Notes under the pieces: model-generated
Told to the model about the DNA's origin: nothing
The model's database searches: none
The model's input: the letters and a program-made list of their open reading frames with translations, nothing else
Program-made: the position numbers and the translations under genes
In this document: piece by piece, positions 9,100 through 18,124 of the stretch
Layout of the letters: every line of letters begins with the position of its first letter
How positions within the stretch are numbered: position 1 is the stretch's first letter
NCBI GenBank assembly: GCA_043818055.1
Contig: JBDRGF010000162.1
Location: forward strand, 1 to 34,694
Direction: 5' to 3'
From: Pseudomonadota bacterium
GTDB lineage: Bacteria; UBA10199; 2-02-FULL-44-16; JBDRGF01
Length of the DNA: 34,694 nucleotides

Positions 9100-9371
9100 G
9101 ACAGCCTCCTCGTAACTTCCATATAATAAAATCATGCTCGCCGCAACTGAACTTATCTTTATTCGAAAGTAGTTATACTCATTTTTTCTCCCTGCCCGCC
9201 GACGTTTTGGTGGTGGCATTCATCCATGTTCGCAATAATCAATGCGGCTCTGAGATAATTAAACCCTTCTTATAATCTATCGTCACACTGAATTGCCTAA
9301 AATAATCCAAGCCAATCAAGTCTTTTATCCCCTAGCAACAATTTAACCCATTCAACCGATAATATAGATGT

Positions 9372-10359
9372 ATGGCGATAAAACCAACATCACAGAATTT
9401 TACACCTCTTACAACTTATGGGGCAGCATCGCTAACTCTTCCCGTTAAAGCAGATACCACATCGCTAAAACTAGACGATATCGAAAATCTGAGTTTAGCT
9501 GATCTGCTACAAGGTTCTAACAACCCTTTGGCCAATAAATTGTTGGGAGATCTGAATGCAACTACATCGAGCCTTCCAATAAATACTGATGAAGTTCCCT
9601 ATTATACAGAAAACATAACTGTTTCCGGCTGCGAATTAACTCTGTGCTGCCACATCTCAAGAGTAAATGGTGATTTAGTGGTGGTTGCCGATCTGCTGGG
9701 TAGTGATGATCTCTGTCATGATAATTCAGACAAAATCGAAAAGCTTCCAGGAAAATTTATTCTCTATAGTTCTGAATACGAAATCGTGGATAACAGCCTC
9801 ATATTTTCAAATGTTAAAAGATATAACTCAGCCAGGCCTATTTCGGGGGCGTCACGCGCTTTAATTGAAAGAACCATTGATTTTATGAAAATAAATGGAC
9901 ATCTCGAGGGAGTTGAGCAAATCGTTGGAGGCTATATCCAAAACAGCACATTCCTTCATGAGTTCACACAGCAGTCCAATATGGCAAAATCTGGATTGCC
10001 AACAACGACAAAAGAAAAAAGAGTTAGAATTGTTGAGATGTATAACTGGATAGCCGAAAGAATGGGATTGAGTGATGAGAGAAGTTTTAGCATTAAAATC
10101 ACCAGGGAACCTAGCCATAGAGCAGAAGGCGAAGGCACAACTCTATATGAAGAGAGATAATACAGATGGCACATACTCAATCTCAATCAGAAAAGACGAT
10201 GATAATTCCGATTTGATTAACATCGATAGACTAGAGCACGAACAAGCTATGAGATATCGATCAAAAGCAATTGAAAGATACAACATCAAAAACCCAAACG
10301 AACATCGTTTGGATCATGTTATTCATGAAGATTTAATTTTCTGGGTAATGATTTCTTAA
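9372..10359 (+). pseudogene. Hypothetical gene, possibly split by a frameshift (ORFs 9372-10160 and 10072-10359)
   Basis: Two overlapping same-strand ORFs; no clear RBS for the second; no recognisable family. Confidence 0.45.
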
Positions 10360-10453
10360 TATATAAAATCAAAAACTTTTAAAGCAACTTTGTTGAACTA
10401 CAATGTCATCCCCGTGAAAGAGACTTTTGGCGAACTAATCCCCCTCCTTGATA

Positions 10454-10570
10454 GAGGCTGTTGCCGAACTAAAATGTAGGGGCAACCCCCCGTGGTTGCC
10501 CTCTTATAAGGGCAGGCACAGGGGCCTGCCCCTACAAAAACATAAAAAAACAGACTTCAGCAACAGGCTC
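10454..10570. mobile_element. MITE-like element: TIRs GAGGCTGTTGCCGAA/TTCAGCAACAGGCTC enclosing a GTAG-REP doublet
   Basis: Inner TGTAGGGGC...GCCCCTACA at 10475-10536; related to 22838-22953 and, inverted, to 31608-31704. Confidence 0.75.
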
Positions 10571-10645
10571 GAAAACGAGAATCAGTTTCTTTACCTTGAC
10601 CCCTTCATTTCCTTCAGACAGAATCAACCAAAAGGAGGTTACCTT

Positions 10646-11386
10646 ATGATGACATTTAAAAAATTAGTGTATTTCGTTTGCGCCTTTGCAGTTTTCTTTA
10701 CATTAGCAAATAGCGCTATTGCTGGGAATGATAAGGAGCTGATTAAAATCTACGATGGCTATAATGTCGTAGCCAAGGCGGGAGATGTCGACAAGATGCT
10801 TGGCTTTAGAACATCTGAGATGGAAAAAGAAATTCGTGAGCAAATGAAAAAGCCGGAAGATCGCGACTATTTTATACTGATCGGACGGGCTCAGGTGCCG
10901 GAGTCATATGAAGTAGAGCATATCACCTGGTCGAAGAAAGGCAATGAAGCAGACCTGTACTTGCTGTGTCAGCTCCCCGCCATGAAAGAGATCAAACGCC
11001 CTCGCACGAAGATGGAGATGATGGTTTCCTTTAAAAAGGAGTCGGGCAAGTGGAAGATGGACATCATTCGTCCACTTGGAAACCCCAGTGAGATCAAAAG
11101 ACCGAAAAATCTTACTTACAATGAGAGCGATGCCAAACAAGATGTGACTTTGGCATCCATCGCCGGTCGCATTGTAAGTCTGACATTCAAACCCGACCAT
11201 ACGCTGGTCATGGTAAGAGTGATGGACGAGGAGATCGCGGTATTCCTCCCTCCCAAGGAGACGCTCATAAAGGCCAAAGTCAACTTTGAAGAACTCGCCC
11301 CGTGGAAGATGCGCATCTTTACAGGCTATCCACACAAAACAGACAAGCTCAAATTCTTCGCCACTGGCGATCATCCGATGGAGTGA
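10646..11386 (+). CDS. Secreted hypothetical protein (N-terminal half possibly NTF2-like)
   Basis: AAGGAGG RBS, signal peptide ending AIA, FKKESGKWK motif. The upstream ORF extension runs through the MITE. Confidence 0.75.
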   Translation: MMTFKKLVYFVCAFAVFFTLANSAIAGNDKELIKIYDGYNVVAKAGDVDKMLGFRTSEMEKEIREQMKKPEDRDYFILIGRAQVPESYEVEHITWSKKGNEADLYLLCQLPAMKEIKRPRTKMEMMVSFKKESGKWKMDIIRPLGNPSEIKRPKNLTYNESDAKQDVTLASIAGRIVSLTFKPDHTLVMVRVMDEEIAVFLPPKETLIKAKVNFEELAPWKMRIFTGYPHKTDKLKFFATGDHPME

Positions 11387-11431
11387 GAAAAGCGGTGAGA
11401 GTTATCTTCCTTCGTCACCCGACATTTTCTA

Positions 11432-11797
11432 TCACGCTGCCAGGTTAAACTCTATGGTATCATAGGGAACTATAGGCGTCTTTACTTCACGGCCAGAGAC
11501 TCTGGTTGTCTTGACTTCTAGAGCTCCAACTTCTTCGAAAAAGAGTATTACCTTGTTTAGATTGGATACGTCTATCTTGATTAACTTTGCCAATTCATAA
11601 ATGGACTTTGGTTTGAAAACCAAGATGTATTTTAAGATGTAGATGTTTTTCACAAAACGATCAAAGTCGTTTTTGTTGTCGAAACTGATCTCATAGTGCG
11701 GTTCAGCTATTTTCTTCTTTTTAGCCCTCTTCATGGCCTTCTTGAAATTATCGAGAATTTCATCTGATGTCTTCAGGGATATAAGTAAGCGCTTCAT
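11432..11797 (-). CDS. HVO_A0114-like HTH antitoxin
   Basis: KPKSIYELAKLIKIDVSNLNKVI...GREVKTPIVPYD; ATGA overlap with the upstream toxin gene. Confidence 0.8.
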   Translation of the reverse strand: MKRLLISLKTSDEILDNFKKAMKRAKKKKIAEPHYEISFDNKNDFDRFVKNIYILKYILVFKPKSIYELAKLIKIDVSNLNKVILFFEEVGALEVKTTRVSGREVKTPIVPYDTIEFNLAA

Positions 11798-12084
11798 ATT
11801 TTCACCTCCATGTTTATTAAAACCAACTCTTTAAAATCCTTTATCAGCTTTTCTTCATTAACATAATCATAAGGCAATTCCTGATCGTTTAAGTGAATAT
11901 GCGGACCCTTTGGATGATGATTGTCCATAAGGACTCGTTTACCGGTTTTTGGATCGGTCAATATCAGGCCGTATTTTATGCCTTGCGGATATCTTTCAGA
12001 CTTACCCACCTGATAAATCTCCATTTCCAATACATACCGTCCATGCAAACGAGCTTTATGCCAGTAAACCAATTTAGCCTTCAT
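11794..12084 (-). CDS. DUF6516 (TumE-like) toxin
   Basis: YPQGIKYGL...RVLMDNHHPKGPHIH...LIKDF. Confidence 0.82.
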   Translation of the reverse strand: MKAKLVYWHKARLHGRYVLEMEIYQVGKSERYPQGIKYGLILTDPKTGKRVLMDNHHPKGPHIHLNDQELPYDYVNEEKLIKDFKELVLINMEVKI

Positions 12085-12106
12085 ATTGGTTGTAATATAC
12101 CAATAT
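12083..12106. promoter_or_regulatory. Palindromic operator over the TA promoter
   Basis: ATATTGGT-N8-ACCAATAT overlaps the -10 of a minus-strand TGGACA-18-TATATT promoter and the start codon. Confidence 0.6.
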
Positions 12107-12137
12107 ATAGTGAAAATTGTCCAGCATTATATTAGGA

Positions 12138-12263
12138 CACCCCCTAAAAGTTTATATTTTCTTCCTGTGGTGTCATTATAAAACAGATCAACTCAAATTC
12201 TTCCCTACCGGCGATGAACCGATGGAGTGAAAACGGTTGTAAAAGTTATCTCTGTCTTAAAAA
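12138..12263 (+). repeat. Decayed copy of the 3' end of gene 10646-11386 (copy 2)
   Basis: Translates as PLKVYIF...KTDQLKFFPTGDEPME*, versus PWKMRIF...KTDKLKFFATGDHPME* in the gene. Confidence 0.9.
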
Positions 12264-13379
12264 TCACAGCGTTTCGATGAAACTTTTTAAAAAGGGATCG
12301 ATGATGAAGAGGCGATTATCGGTATCGTGGGATATCAGTGGTGAATTTTCCAAATCGGAATTTGCCCTCGAAAGTTCAGTCGCACTAAGCTCTGTGAGAT
12401 TTTGCATTTGTTGTCCTGTTGCACTATCCAATCTTCCGGTTTTAGCGACCGCCTTGAGAAACTTTTTTTGATTTGCAGTGTATCCATATAATACGCTGTG
12501 GTACCGCCCGCGCTTGGATTGCGTCGCCGCCTCCAGAGCTACATCTATGTGTTCATTCGTAAGTTCAACATTGTTCATAGTATCGACTATCCACGCGCCC
12601 AGCTCATTGATATAATTTGGTATGTTGTTCATCCGGTCGGCCATATACTCCGCCACATCCTTTGATATATGAATATCGCTCATGGCGAAGCGTTCATTCA
12701 TATAAGGCAGATATTCGCTCAATGGAATTTCATGAAGCTCTATGTCCTCACCAAAACCGAAAAACGGGAAACTCTTATCGTTGAACATCTTGTACAAAAG
12801 CCTCTGATTACTTCCCATCAAAACCACCGCGGACTTGTTGAGCTTTTGAATTTCTCTTCTGAGCAACGCCTGAACATCGCTCAATTCAGCAATTCCCTGA
12901 AACTCGTCTATTATGAGTGAAATTTCATATGAGGAGGCCATATCGCGCAATTCCTGAAACAGCGACATGAGATACGCCTCGGATTTCTCCCCGGGACATT
13001 TGTTCATCGACAGCTCAAACCCGCCCGGAATTTTTAATTTAAGTTTCGACATCAGCGATGCGATCAACTGCTTTGCCCGTTGCATCGGAATCTGTTCTTT
13101 AAGCGCCTGCTCGTAATGAGAATGAAAACGAAGGGCTACTTCAGAGAGCGATTCAACTTCATTCAGGTCAACATAGAGATGAAACGCATTGGGCACCTCG
13201 CCTCTGATCTTTCTGCTGCAAACATCGACCAGCGATGTCTTACCCATGCGCCTTAAACTGTAAATCACCACCCTCCCCGCCCGTTTCATGAGAGAGATAA
13301 GGCGCTGTTTTTCAGCCTCCCTGTCGCACATTTCCTCTTCAGTCAGTATCATATCGAATTTAAAGAGTTTTTTCATCAT
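12264..13379 (-). CDS. AAA/STAND-like ATPase (archaeal ATPase type) with a probable C-terminal wHTH
   Basis: Walker A YSLRRMGKTS, Walker B LIIDEFQ, VLMGS, PNYIN and terminal IDPFL. Confidence 0.88.
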   Translation of the reverse strand: MMKKLFKFDMILTEEEMCDREAEKQRLISLMKRAGRVVIYSLRRMGKTSLVDVCSRKIRGEVPNAFHLYVDLNEVESLSEVALRFHSHYEQALKEQIPMQRAKQLIASLMSKLKLKIPGGFELSMNKCPGEKSEAYLMSLFQELRDMASSYEISLIIDEFQGIAELSDVQALLRREIQKLNKSAVVLMGSNQRLLYKMFNDKSFPFFGFGEDIELHEIPLSEYLPYMNERFAMSDIHISKDVAEYMADRMNNIPNYINELGAWIVDTMNNVELTNEHIDVALEAATQSKRGRYHSVLYGYTANQKKFLKAVAKTGRLDSATGQQMQNLTELSATELSRANSDLENSPLISHDTDNRLFIIDPFLKSFIETL

Positions 13380-13389
13380 ATGGGAGCTT

Positions 13390-13477
13390 TGTACACAAAA
13401 ATGTGTATAAAGTCAAACGATTTTATACACAAATTTGTGTATAATATAGGTCGTATTTATACACAAGTTTGTGTATA
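13390..13477. promoter_or_regulatory. Three 20-bp palindromic operators (consensus TATACACAAATTTGTGTATA) with a 34-bp period
   Basis: Copies start at 13390, 13424 (perfect) and 13458. The first fills the spacer of a minus-strand TTGACT-17-TACAAA promoter. Confidence 0.8.
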
Positions 13478-13544
13478 AGTTATCCTATTGAGATATTTTT
13501 GTGGGAGGAATTTGACCCCGTCTGAAAAATTAATTCATTTTTTT

Positions 13545-13678
13545 GTCATGCCGGACTTGATCCGACATCCAGGATTAGCGCTATTTGCAAGGCTATTCTG
13601 AATCCCGTATCAAGTACGGGATGACGTCGTGAGTAAAGAAAAAAGCATTTAAATACGTTCTTTTATCTCTTGAACAAT
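13545..13678. repeat. TGTCAT-type REP hairpin plus a tail repeated at 17433-17501
   Basis: TGTCATGCCGGACTTGATCCG...CGTATCAAGTACGGGATGAC; 13611-13678 aligns with 17433-17501. Confidence 0.8.
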
Positions 13679-13716
13679 GTAAAACCAACTGCGTCCAAAG
13701 GTCAGTTATATTAAGG

Positions 13717-13842
13717 CACCCCCTAAAAATCTGTATTTTCTTCCTGTGGTGTCATTATTAAACAGATCAACTCAAATTCATTGCCACTGGTGATAAGCCG
13801 ATGGAGTAAAAACGGTTGTAAAAGTTGTCTCCGTCTGAAAAA
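13717..13842 (+). repeat. Decayed copy of the 3' end of gene 10646-11386 (copy 3)
   Basis: About 125-bp direct repeat of 12138-12263; translates as TDQLKFIATGDKPME*. Confidence 0.9.
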
Positions 13843-13896
13843 TTCTTTTTTTTGAGAGCCCTCACTAATCACTATTGATACATTTTTAATGTAAAA

Positions 13897-14088
13897 TTAT
13901 TCTTCCTCGTAGATTATCAGTGCATCGTAATGAATAAAACGTTCACTCAATGCCGTTGAAAACTTAATGTCCACGATATTCTTGCCTTCGAGTTTTTTCA
14001 ACTCTTCATTCAGCAATTGATCTATTGGTCCTCTTCTTGGTTGTATATTTGCACCTTCTACACATGACACCAATCTCGTCATTTTCAT
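13897..14088 (-). CDS. Small protein, Cse60/DUF2758-like
   Basis: LNEEL...NIVDIKFS...ALIIYEE pattern; G-run RBS before ATG 14088. Confidence 0.55.
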   Translation of the reverse strand: MKMTRLVSCVEGANIQPRRGPIDQLLNEELKKLEGKNIVDIKFSTALSERFIHYDALIIYEEE

Positions 14089-14200
14089 TCCCCCCCCCTT
14101 TTTTTTCTGGTTATTTCCCATAATCATAATTTAAAGTCTCTACGAAATATCCTTTAGCTCAATAACGCTTTTCACCAATCGGCACAGCCCCTACATGAGC

Positions 14201-15022
14201 CTATTTACTCATAAAACCTTTAAAGATAAATCTTATTGCATAGAATATTCCCCACATCATAGAAATAACAACCAAAGACCAGCTAATTAGATAACCAAAG
14301 AAGTCAGCACCAAAAGCTATCGAAACATTTTTGCTGAGATAGTCACGGCATACAATAAATGGAATAATAATAGTGGCAATACCTACTACCCTCTTAAACC
14401 CTCTTTCATAATTCACTTTATCACCAAGCCCTGAGGTAATGTCTTTTACAAAATAAGCCTCACACGCATTGACCAATGCATTGAACTCATCACCATATTC
14501 ATCACGCTCCTTGAATACATCTTTACCAAATAGTTGCCAATAGAATTGGCCTAATTTAGCACTTGGGTCTTTGTCTATGCCTATAAAGTACACGCTATAA
14601 GCCATATTAAGCTTTTCTATGTAATCCAGAATATTTTGAATTTTGGACGTTCCCTCGCTTTTCCAAAACATTTCAATTTCATGAATAATCAAACGAATCT
14701 CATTACATTTATCTTTTACGATTTTTAGTCGTTTTGAATATGCATAAGCCTGATCGCGTACGGCCTTTTGATGTGATGTCTCATCATCTCTTTTTTTTCG
14801 ATCTGCCCATTCAAACAATTGGAATCCTGGTGATCGAGTAGTTTGTATAGCATCTCGTAAATCATATACTTTTAGCAGAACTTTTCTCGACAAATCATAG
14901 CGATTTTTCCCATGCAATTCACTTTTCCATTTACGAAAACCAACAATACTAAAAATAGGAACAAGTATCGCAGAAATACCCACCGCTATATTATAAAATG
15001 ATTCACTTGAAATAACACCCAT
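14201..15022 (-). CDS. Hypothetical membrane protein (one N-terminal TM, two C-terminal TMs)
   Basis: 273-aa AT-rich ORF with a GGGGGAG RBS. Confidence 0.7.
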   Translation of the reverse strand: MGVISSESFYNIAVGISAILVPIFSIVGFRKWKSELHGKNRYDLSRKVLLKVYDLRDAIQTTRSPGFQLFEWADRKKRDDETSHQKAVRDQAYAYSKRLKIVKDKCNEIRLIIHEIEMFWKSEGTSKIQNILDYIEKLNMAYSVYFIGIDKDPSAKLGQFYWQLFGKDVFKERDEYGDEFNALVNACEAYFVKDITSGLGDKVNYERGFKRVVGIATIIIPFIVCRDYLSKNVSIAFGADFFGYLISWSLVVISMMWGIFYAIRFIFKGFMSK

Positions 15023-15283
15023 AACTCCCCCTATATTCTAAGAGCCTTCTAAACTGAACTTTGAAAAAAACACATACCTTATTCAGGGCTTTAAGTTTAA
15101 CATTTATATTAATCAAAGTAACTCTTTTCAAATTGAAAACCATGATGGTGAATGATTTAACAGCATCATATAAAAGAGTTATCTTCCTCCATCACCCAAT
15201 ATTTTCAAACTCTTGATTTTACAAGCATGAAAAGACTATTAAATTCCTGCTACACAACAAATGTTTTGTAACAAAAAATAGTA

Positions 15284-16615
15284 TCAAATCTGACTAGCTG
15301 GGGGCTTTAGTGAGAGATCAACTCCCATTACCCTAATTCTATCGAGCCATTCTTCTGCTAATCCTAAGGTTGTCGCCTTTTGCCGTAATGTACTGACTAT
15401 TTCAGTTACATTATTATAATGTTTTGGATTATTAAATTTCTTTCCTTTAAACCATAGAACACAATATATTCCATACTGTACCCTTTCTGATAGCATGTAA
15501 GTAGGTAATTGTTTAACAAATCCATGATCCAATTTTTCAGAGTGCGCATGTTTAAATTCGCAATGAACTGATTTTATTCCAATCCCCTTAATATTAGCAC
15601 TAAACTTTACATCAAGATCACCGCGACCAGTTTTATTTTCAACACTAATTTTTATTCCCGCCAGTTCGGCAGATGATTTTAAAAAAGCAACTAAAGTAGC
15701 AACAACTTGAGGTTCTTCTTTTGGAGTTACACCATCATCCCTGTAGAAAATTTTAATTCTAGCAAGTTGATTGATATTGTCTTGTAAGCTTTGCAGCAGC
15801 AAATGAAGTTTTTGTCTAAAATTCTCTTCAGAATCATATTCAATTATTTGTAATTGTTGTTCTTTTGCAAGTATGTCTAGTAATTCAAATGGAGGAGTAG
15901 TTGACAATGTGTTTTTCTCTTTTTTTATCTGAACACCATCTACAATTGCATGCAACGCAATTAGATCTGGTCGCCAATATAGACCCAATAAAAGAGGAGA
16001 AATCGTATTCTTAAGTTCATTGCTTGAAATTACAATTTTATCGTCATTTCTTTGCAAGATCAATTGTTGGCTTTCTCCAAATAATTGAAAAATGTAATTT
16101 TTATATGCAAGCCTGAAAATAATTCCATTAATTGGCAATTTTGCCCAAAAAGAAAATCCAGTGCCTTGGCTAGAGATATCATTCCTTAAAAAATCGCGAG
16201 GAGTAATGCTTCCTTTAAAAATAGGTGAAACATCAAAAAAGTTATTGATTTGTTCTAATGGCACTGCATTAATCCAGGCTTGTTCGATTTTCCAATTCAA
16301 AAACTTAATTTTGAAAGTAAAATTTTGAGTTAAATCAAGACCAGAAGGTATTATGAACTGTTTCATTGATAAAGGAGCAGTGTCATCAATTCGTGCCAAC
16401 AAAACAAATACCTTCATCAAAATAGGGTCCACTTTTAATGTAATTTGGAAATTTGGAGGATTAAAAATAATATTATTTGCCGCTTTATTGGTTAGGAAGA
16501 TTTGGCCTAGTATCGTTGTAATAAACTCCCCTGAACCAAAATATGAATCATTATAAAAATTAATCTCAGATGATTTAAATCCTTCAGCATAATTTTCTGG
16601 GCTAATTAATTTCAT
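15284..16615 (-). CDS. Protein with a C-terminal PD-(D/E)XK restriction-endonuclease-like domain
   Basis: VENKTGRGDLDVKF...HCEFK...QLPTYM...YGIYCVLWFKG; beta-rich N-terminus; AT-rich. Confidence 0.7.
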   Translation of the reverse strand: MKLISPENYAEGFKSSEINFYNDSYFGSGEFITTILGQIFLTNKAANNIIFNPPNFQITLKVDPILMKVFVLLARIDDTAPLSMKQFIIPSGLDLTQNFTFKIKFLNWKIEQAWINAVPLEQINNFFDVSPIFKGSITPRDFLRNDISSQGTGFSFWAKLPINGIIFRLAYKNYIFQLFGESQQLILQRNDDKIVISSNELKNTISPLLLGLYWRPDLIALHAIVDGVQIKKEKNTLSTTPPFELLDILAKEQQLQIIEYDSEENFRQKLHLLLQSLQDNINQLARIKIFYRDDGVTPKEEPQVVATLVAFLKSSAELAGIKISVENKTGRGDLDVKFSANIKGIGIKSVHCEFKHAHSEKLDHGFVKQLPTYMLSERVQYGIYCVLWFKGKKFNNPKHYNNVTEIVSTLRQKATTLGLAEEWLDRIRVMGVDLSLKPPASQI

Positions 16616-16618
16616 TTT

Positions 16619-16993
16619 TTAAAAGAAAAGAGGTTTTAGGTTAAGATTTTTAGACAAGACATTAACAAATGTTTGATCCTTATATTCATAGCTTCTCCAA
16701 ATACAATTACATAATATATCAACAAACTGGATGTTTAGAGAATGACTACTATATACTGGATGAACATCAAGTTGTGTTGATGAATCATTTTCAAACCAGA
16801 GCTTTGTTTTCAAATACTCTGTTAAACTATTACCGCTTTTGACTTTTACGGATTTCATATTAAAAAACTCAGTTCGGGGAGCACCTGTATCGAGAATTGC
16901 ATCAAATTCATGTCGTTTGCCGTTTTCTGTCGTCAAAAATATTGAGAGAAAAATATAGCGTTCTTTCGTTTCAAATGTGGTCGTGTTTTGCAT
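16619..16993 (-). pseudogene. In-frame chimera: retropepsin-like aspartyl protease N-terminus plus DUF3800-like C-terminus
   Basis: AILDTGAPRT followed, after about 16864, by SSHSLNIQFVDILCNCIWRSYE. Start ATG 16993 behind GGAG. Confidence 0.6.
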
Positions 16994-17213
16994 GTGATCT
17001 CCATCCTCCGGGAAATTGACATTCTCCTGTATATCTGAAGGCGCAATTCTTTCCCAGGGACGGGAGAGCAAATACTTCTTTATCATTCTTTGAGTGTCGT
17101 TCAACTACACCGTCTGCAACCCCACCATATTTATCAATCTTAAAGTCTGTGATCAGCAACCATTCATCCGGATAAGCCTTTTTCATTTCGTCCCATGTCA
17201 TTTTTTGTCCCAT
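16971..17213 (-). CDS. Small DUF5678-like protein (usual partner of aspartyl protease genes)
   Basis: MTWDEMKKAYPDEWLLI...GVVERHS...FRYTGE; AAGGAGG RBS. Confidence 0.7.
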   Translation of the reverse strand: MGQKMTWDEMKKAYPDEWLLITDFKIDKYGGVADGVVERHSKNDKEVFALPSLGKNCAFRYTGECQFPGGWRSHAKHDHI

Positions 17214-17327
17214 TATACCCTCCTTTACCGTGATAGAAGACTATATAAAATTAATTGGAATATCAATGGATATATACCTGACCTTAGGACACAAATCAGT
17301 GATAATGGAAAATCAAGGCATTCAAGT

Positions 17328-17430
17328 GACTGTGTCGCAACTCGGATTTTGTAGCCGCAGGCTTTAGCCTGCGCATTATAACGCGGGCTAAAGCCCGCGG
17401 CTACATTGAAAAACCAATTACGACACAGTC
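17328..17430. mobile_element. MITE-like element: TIRs GACTGTGTCGCAA/TTACGACACAGTC enclosing a GTAG-REP doublet
   Basis: Inner TGTAGCCGCAGGCTTTAGCCTGCG...CGCGGGCTAAAGCCCGCGGCTACA; the same right TIR occurs at about 204-216. Confidence 0.75.
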
Positions 17431-17520
17431 TCCAAGTACGGGATGACATCGTGAGTGAGTAAACAAAAAAACTTTTAAATGCGTTTTATCCCTTAAACAA
17501 TACATATCGTTTCTATCGCA

Positions 17521-17967
17521 CTATGGCAGCAGTTTACACGACATGTAGTGGGATTCGACTGTTGGGGCTACTGATCCGGATACGGATGAAGTACCTACGA
17601 TGAGTCCACTCTTTTTATTTAAGAGCAGAGTTTCGATTGAAGTCCTTCCAACATTCTGGGCGATCATCGTATTAGCATCGTTTGAGATGATTTTCCATTT
17701 CACAGCCATGCCCATCTCATCTTTGATTGTTAACACTTTTCTGCTGATCTCCATGATCGCATCCATATCCTTTGAGTTATCGATCACGCTGCTTTTCAGC
17801 TTTGTTACCTTCTCATCTGTGGAGAGCTTCGTATCCATCAGCGACGAGCACCTGAAGTTGTTTCCCGTTATCTGATTCGGCGCTGGCAGTTTTTTTGAGG
17901 CCGCCTCGGAAGAATGTGCAACGGTCACTAGTGAGACTAAAACCAACAACGCATAGAACTTTTTCAT
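17521..17967 (-). CDS. Secreted hypothetical protein
   Basis: Signal peptide, AAGGAG RBS, two Cys. Confidence 0.75.
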   Translation of the reverse strand: MKKFYALLVLVSLVTVAHSSEAASKKLPAPNQITGNNFRCSSLMDTKLSTDEKVTKLKSSVIDNSKDMDAIMEISRKVLTIKDEMGMAVKWKIISNDANTMIAQNVGRTSIETLLLNKKSGLIVGTSSVSGSVAPTVESHYMSCKLLP

Positions 17968-17988
17968 GTCTTCTCCTTGATATAATAA

Positions 17989-18046
17989 TGTAGCGGTCGA
18001 CCCATGTGTCGACCCGTTTTAAAGGGCAGACACAGGGGTTTGCCAT
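17989..18046. repeat. Degenerate GTAG-REP doublet
   Basis: Similar to 22859-22920. Confidence 0.7.
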
Positions 18047-18124
18047 AATTTCTTAAGTCTTTGACTTCCATCTTGGAAAGCCTTCCTTACTCTCTAAAAA
18101 TATGGCGACTATCACTAGTTCCAA

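Noticed and set aside
9336..9362. Sigma28-like promoter (ACCGATAA) before 9372
   Set aside because: The -10 is imperfect and there is no convincing -35.
13390..13477. Mini-CRISPR array
   Set aside because: Repeats of 20 bp and spacers of 14 bp are too short, there are no cas genes, and it overlaps a promoter.
11300..13842. DGR template/variable repeats
   Set aside because: The differences are not confined to adenines and no RT is visible.
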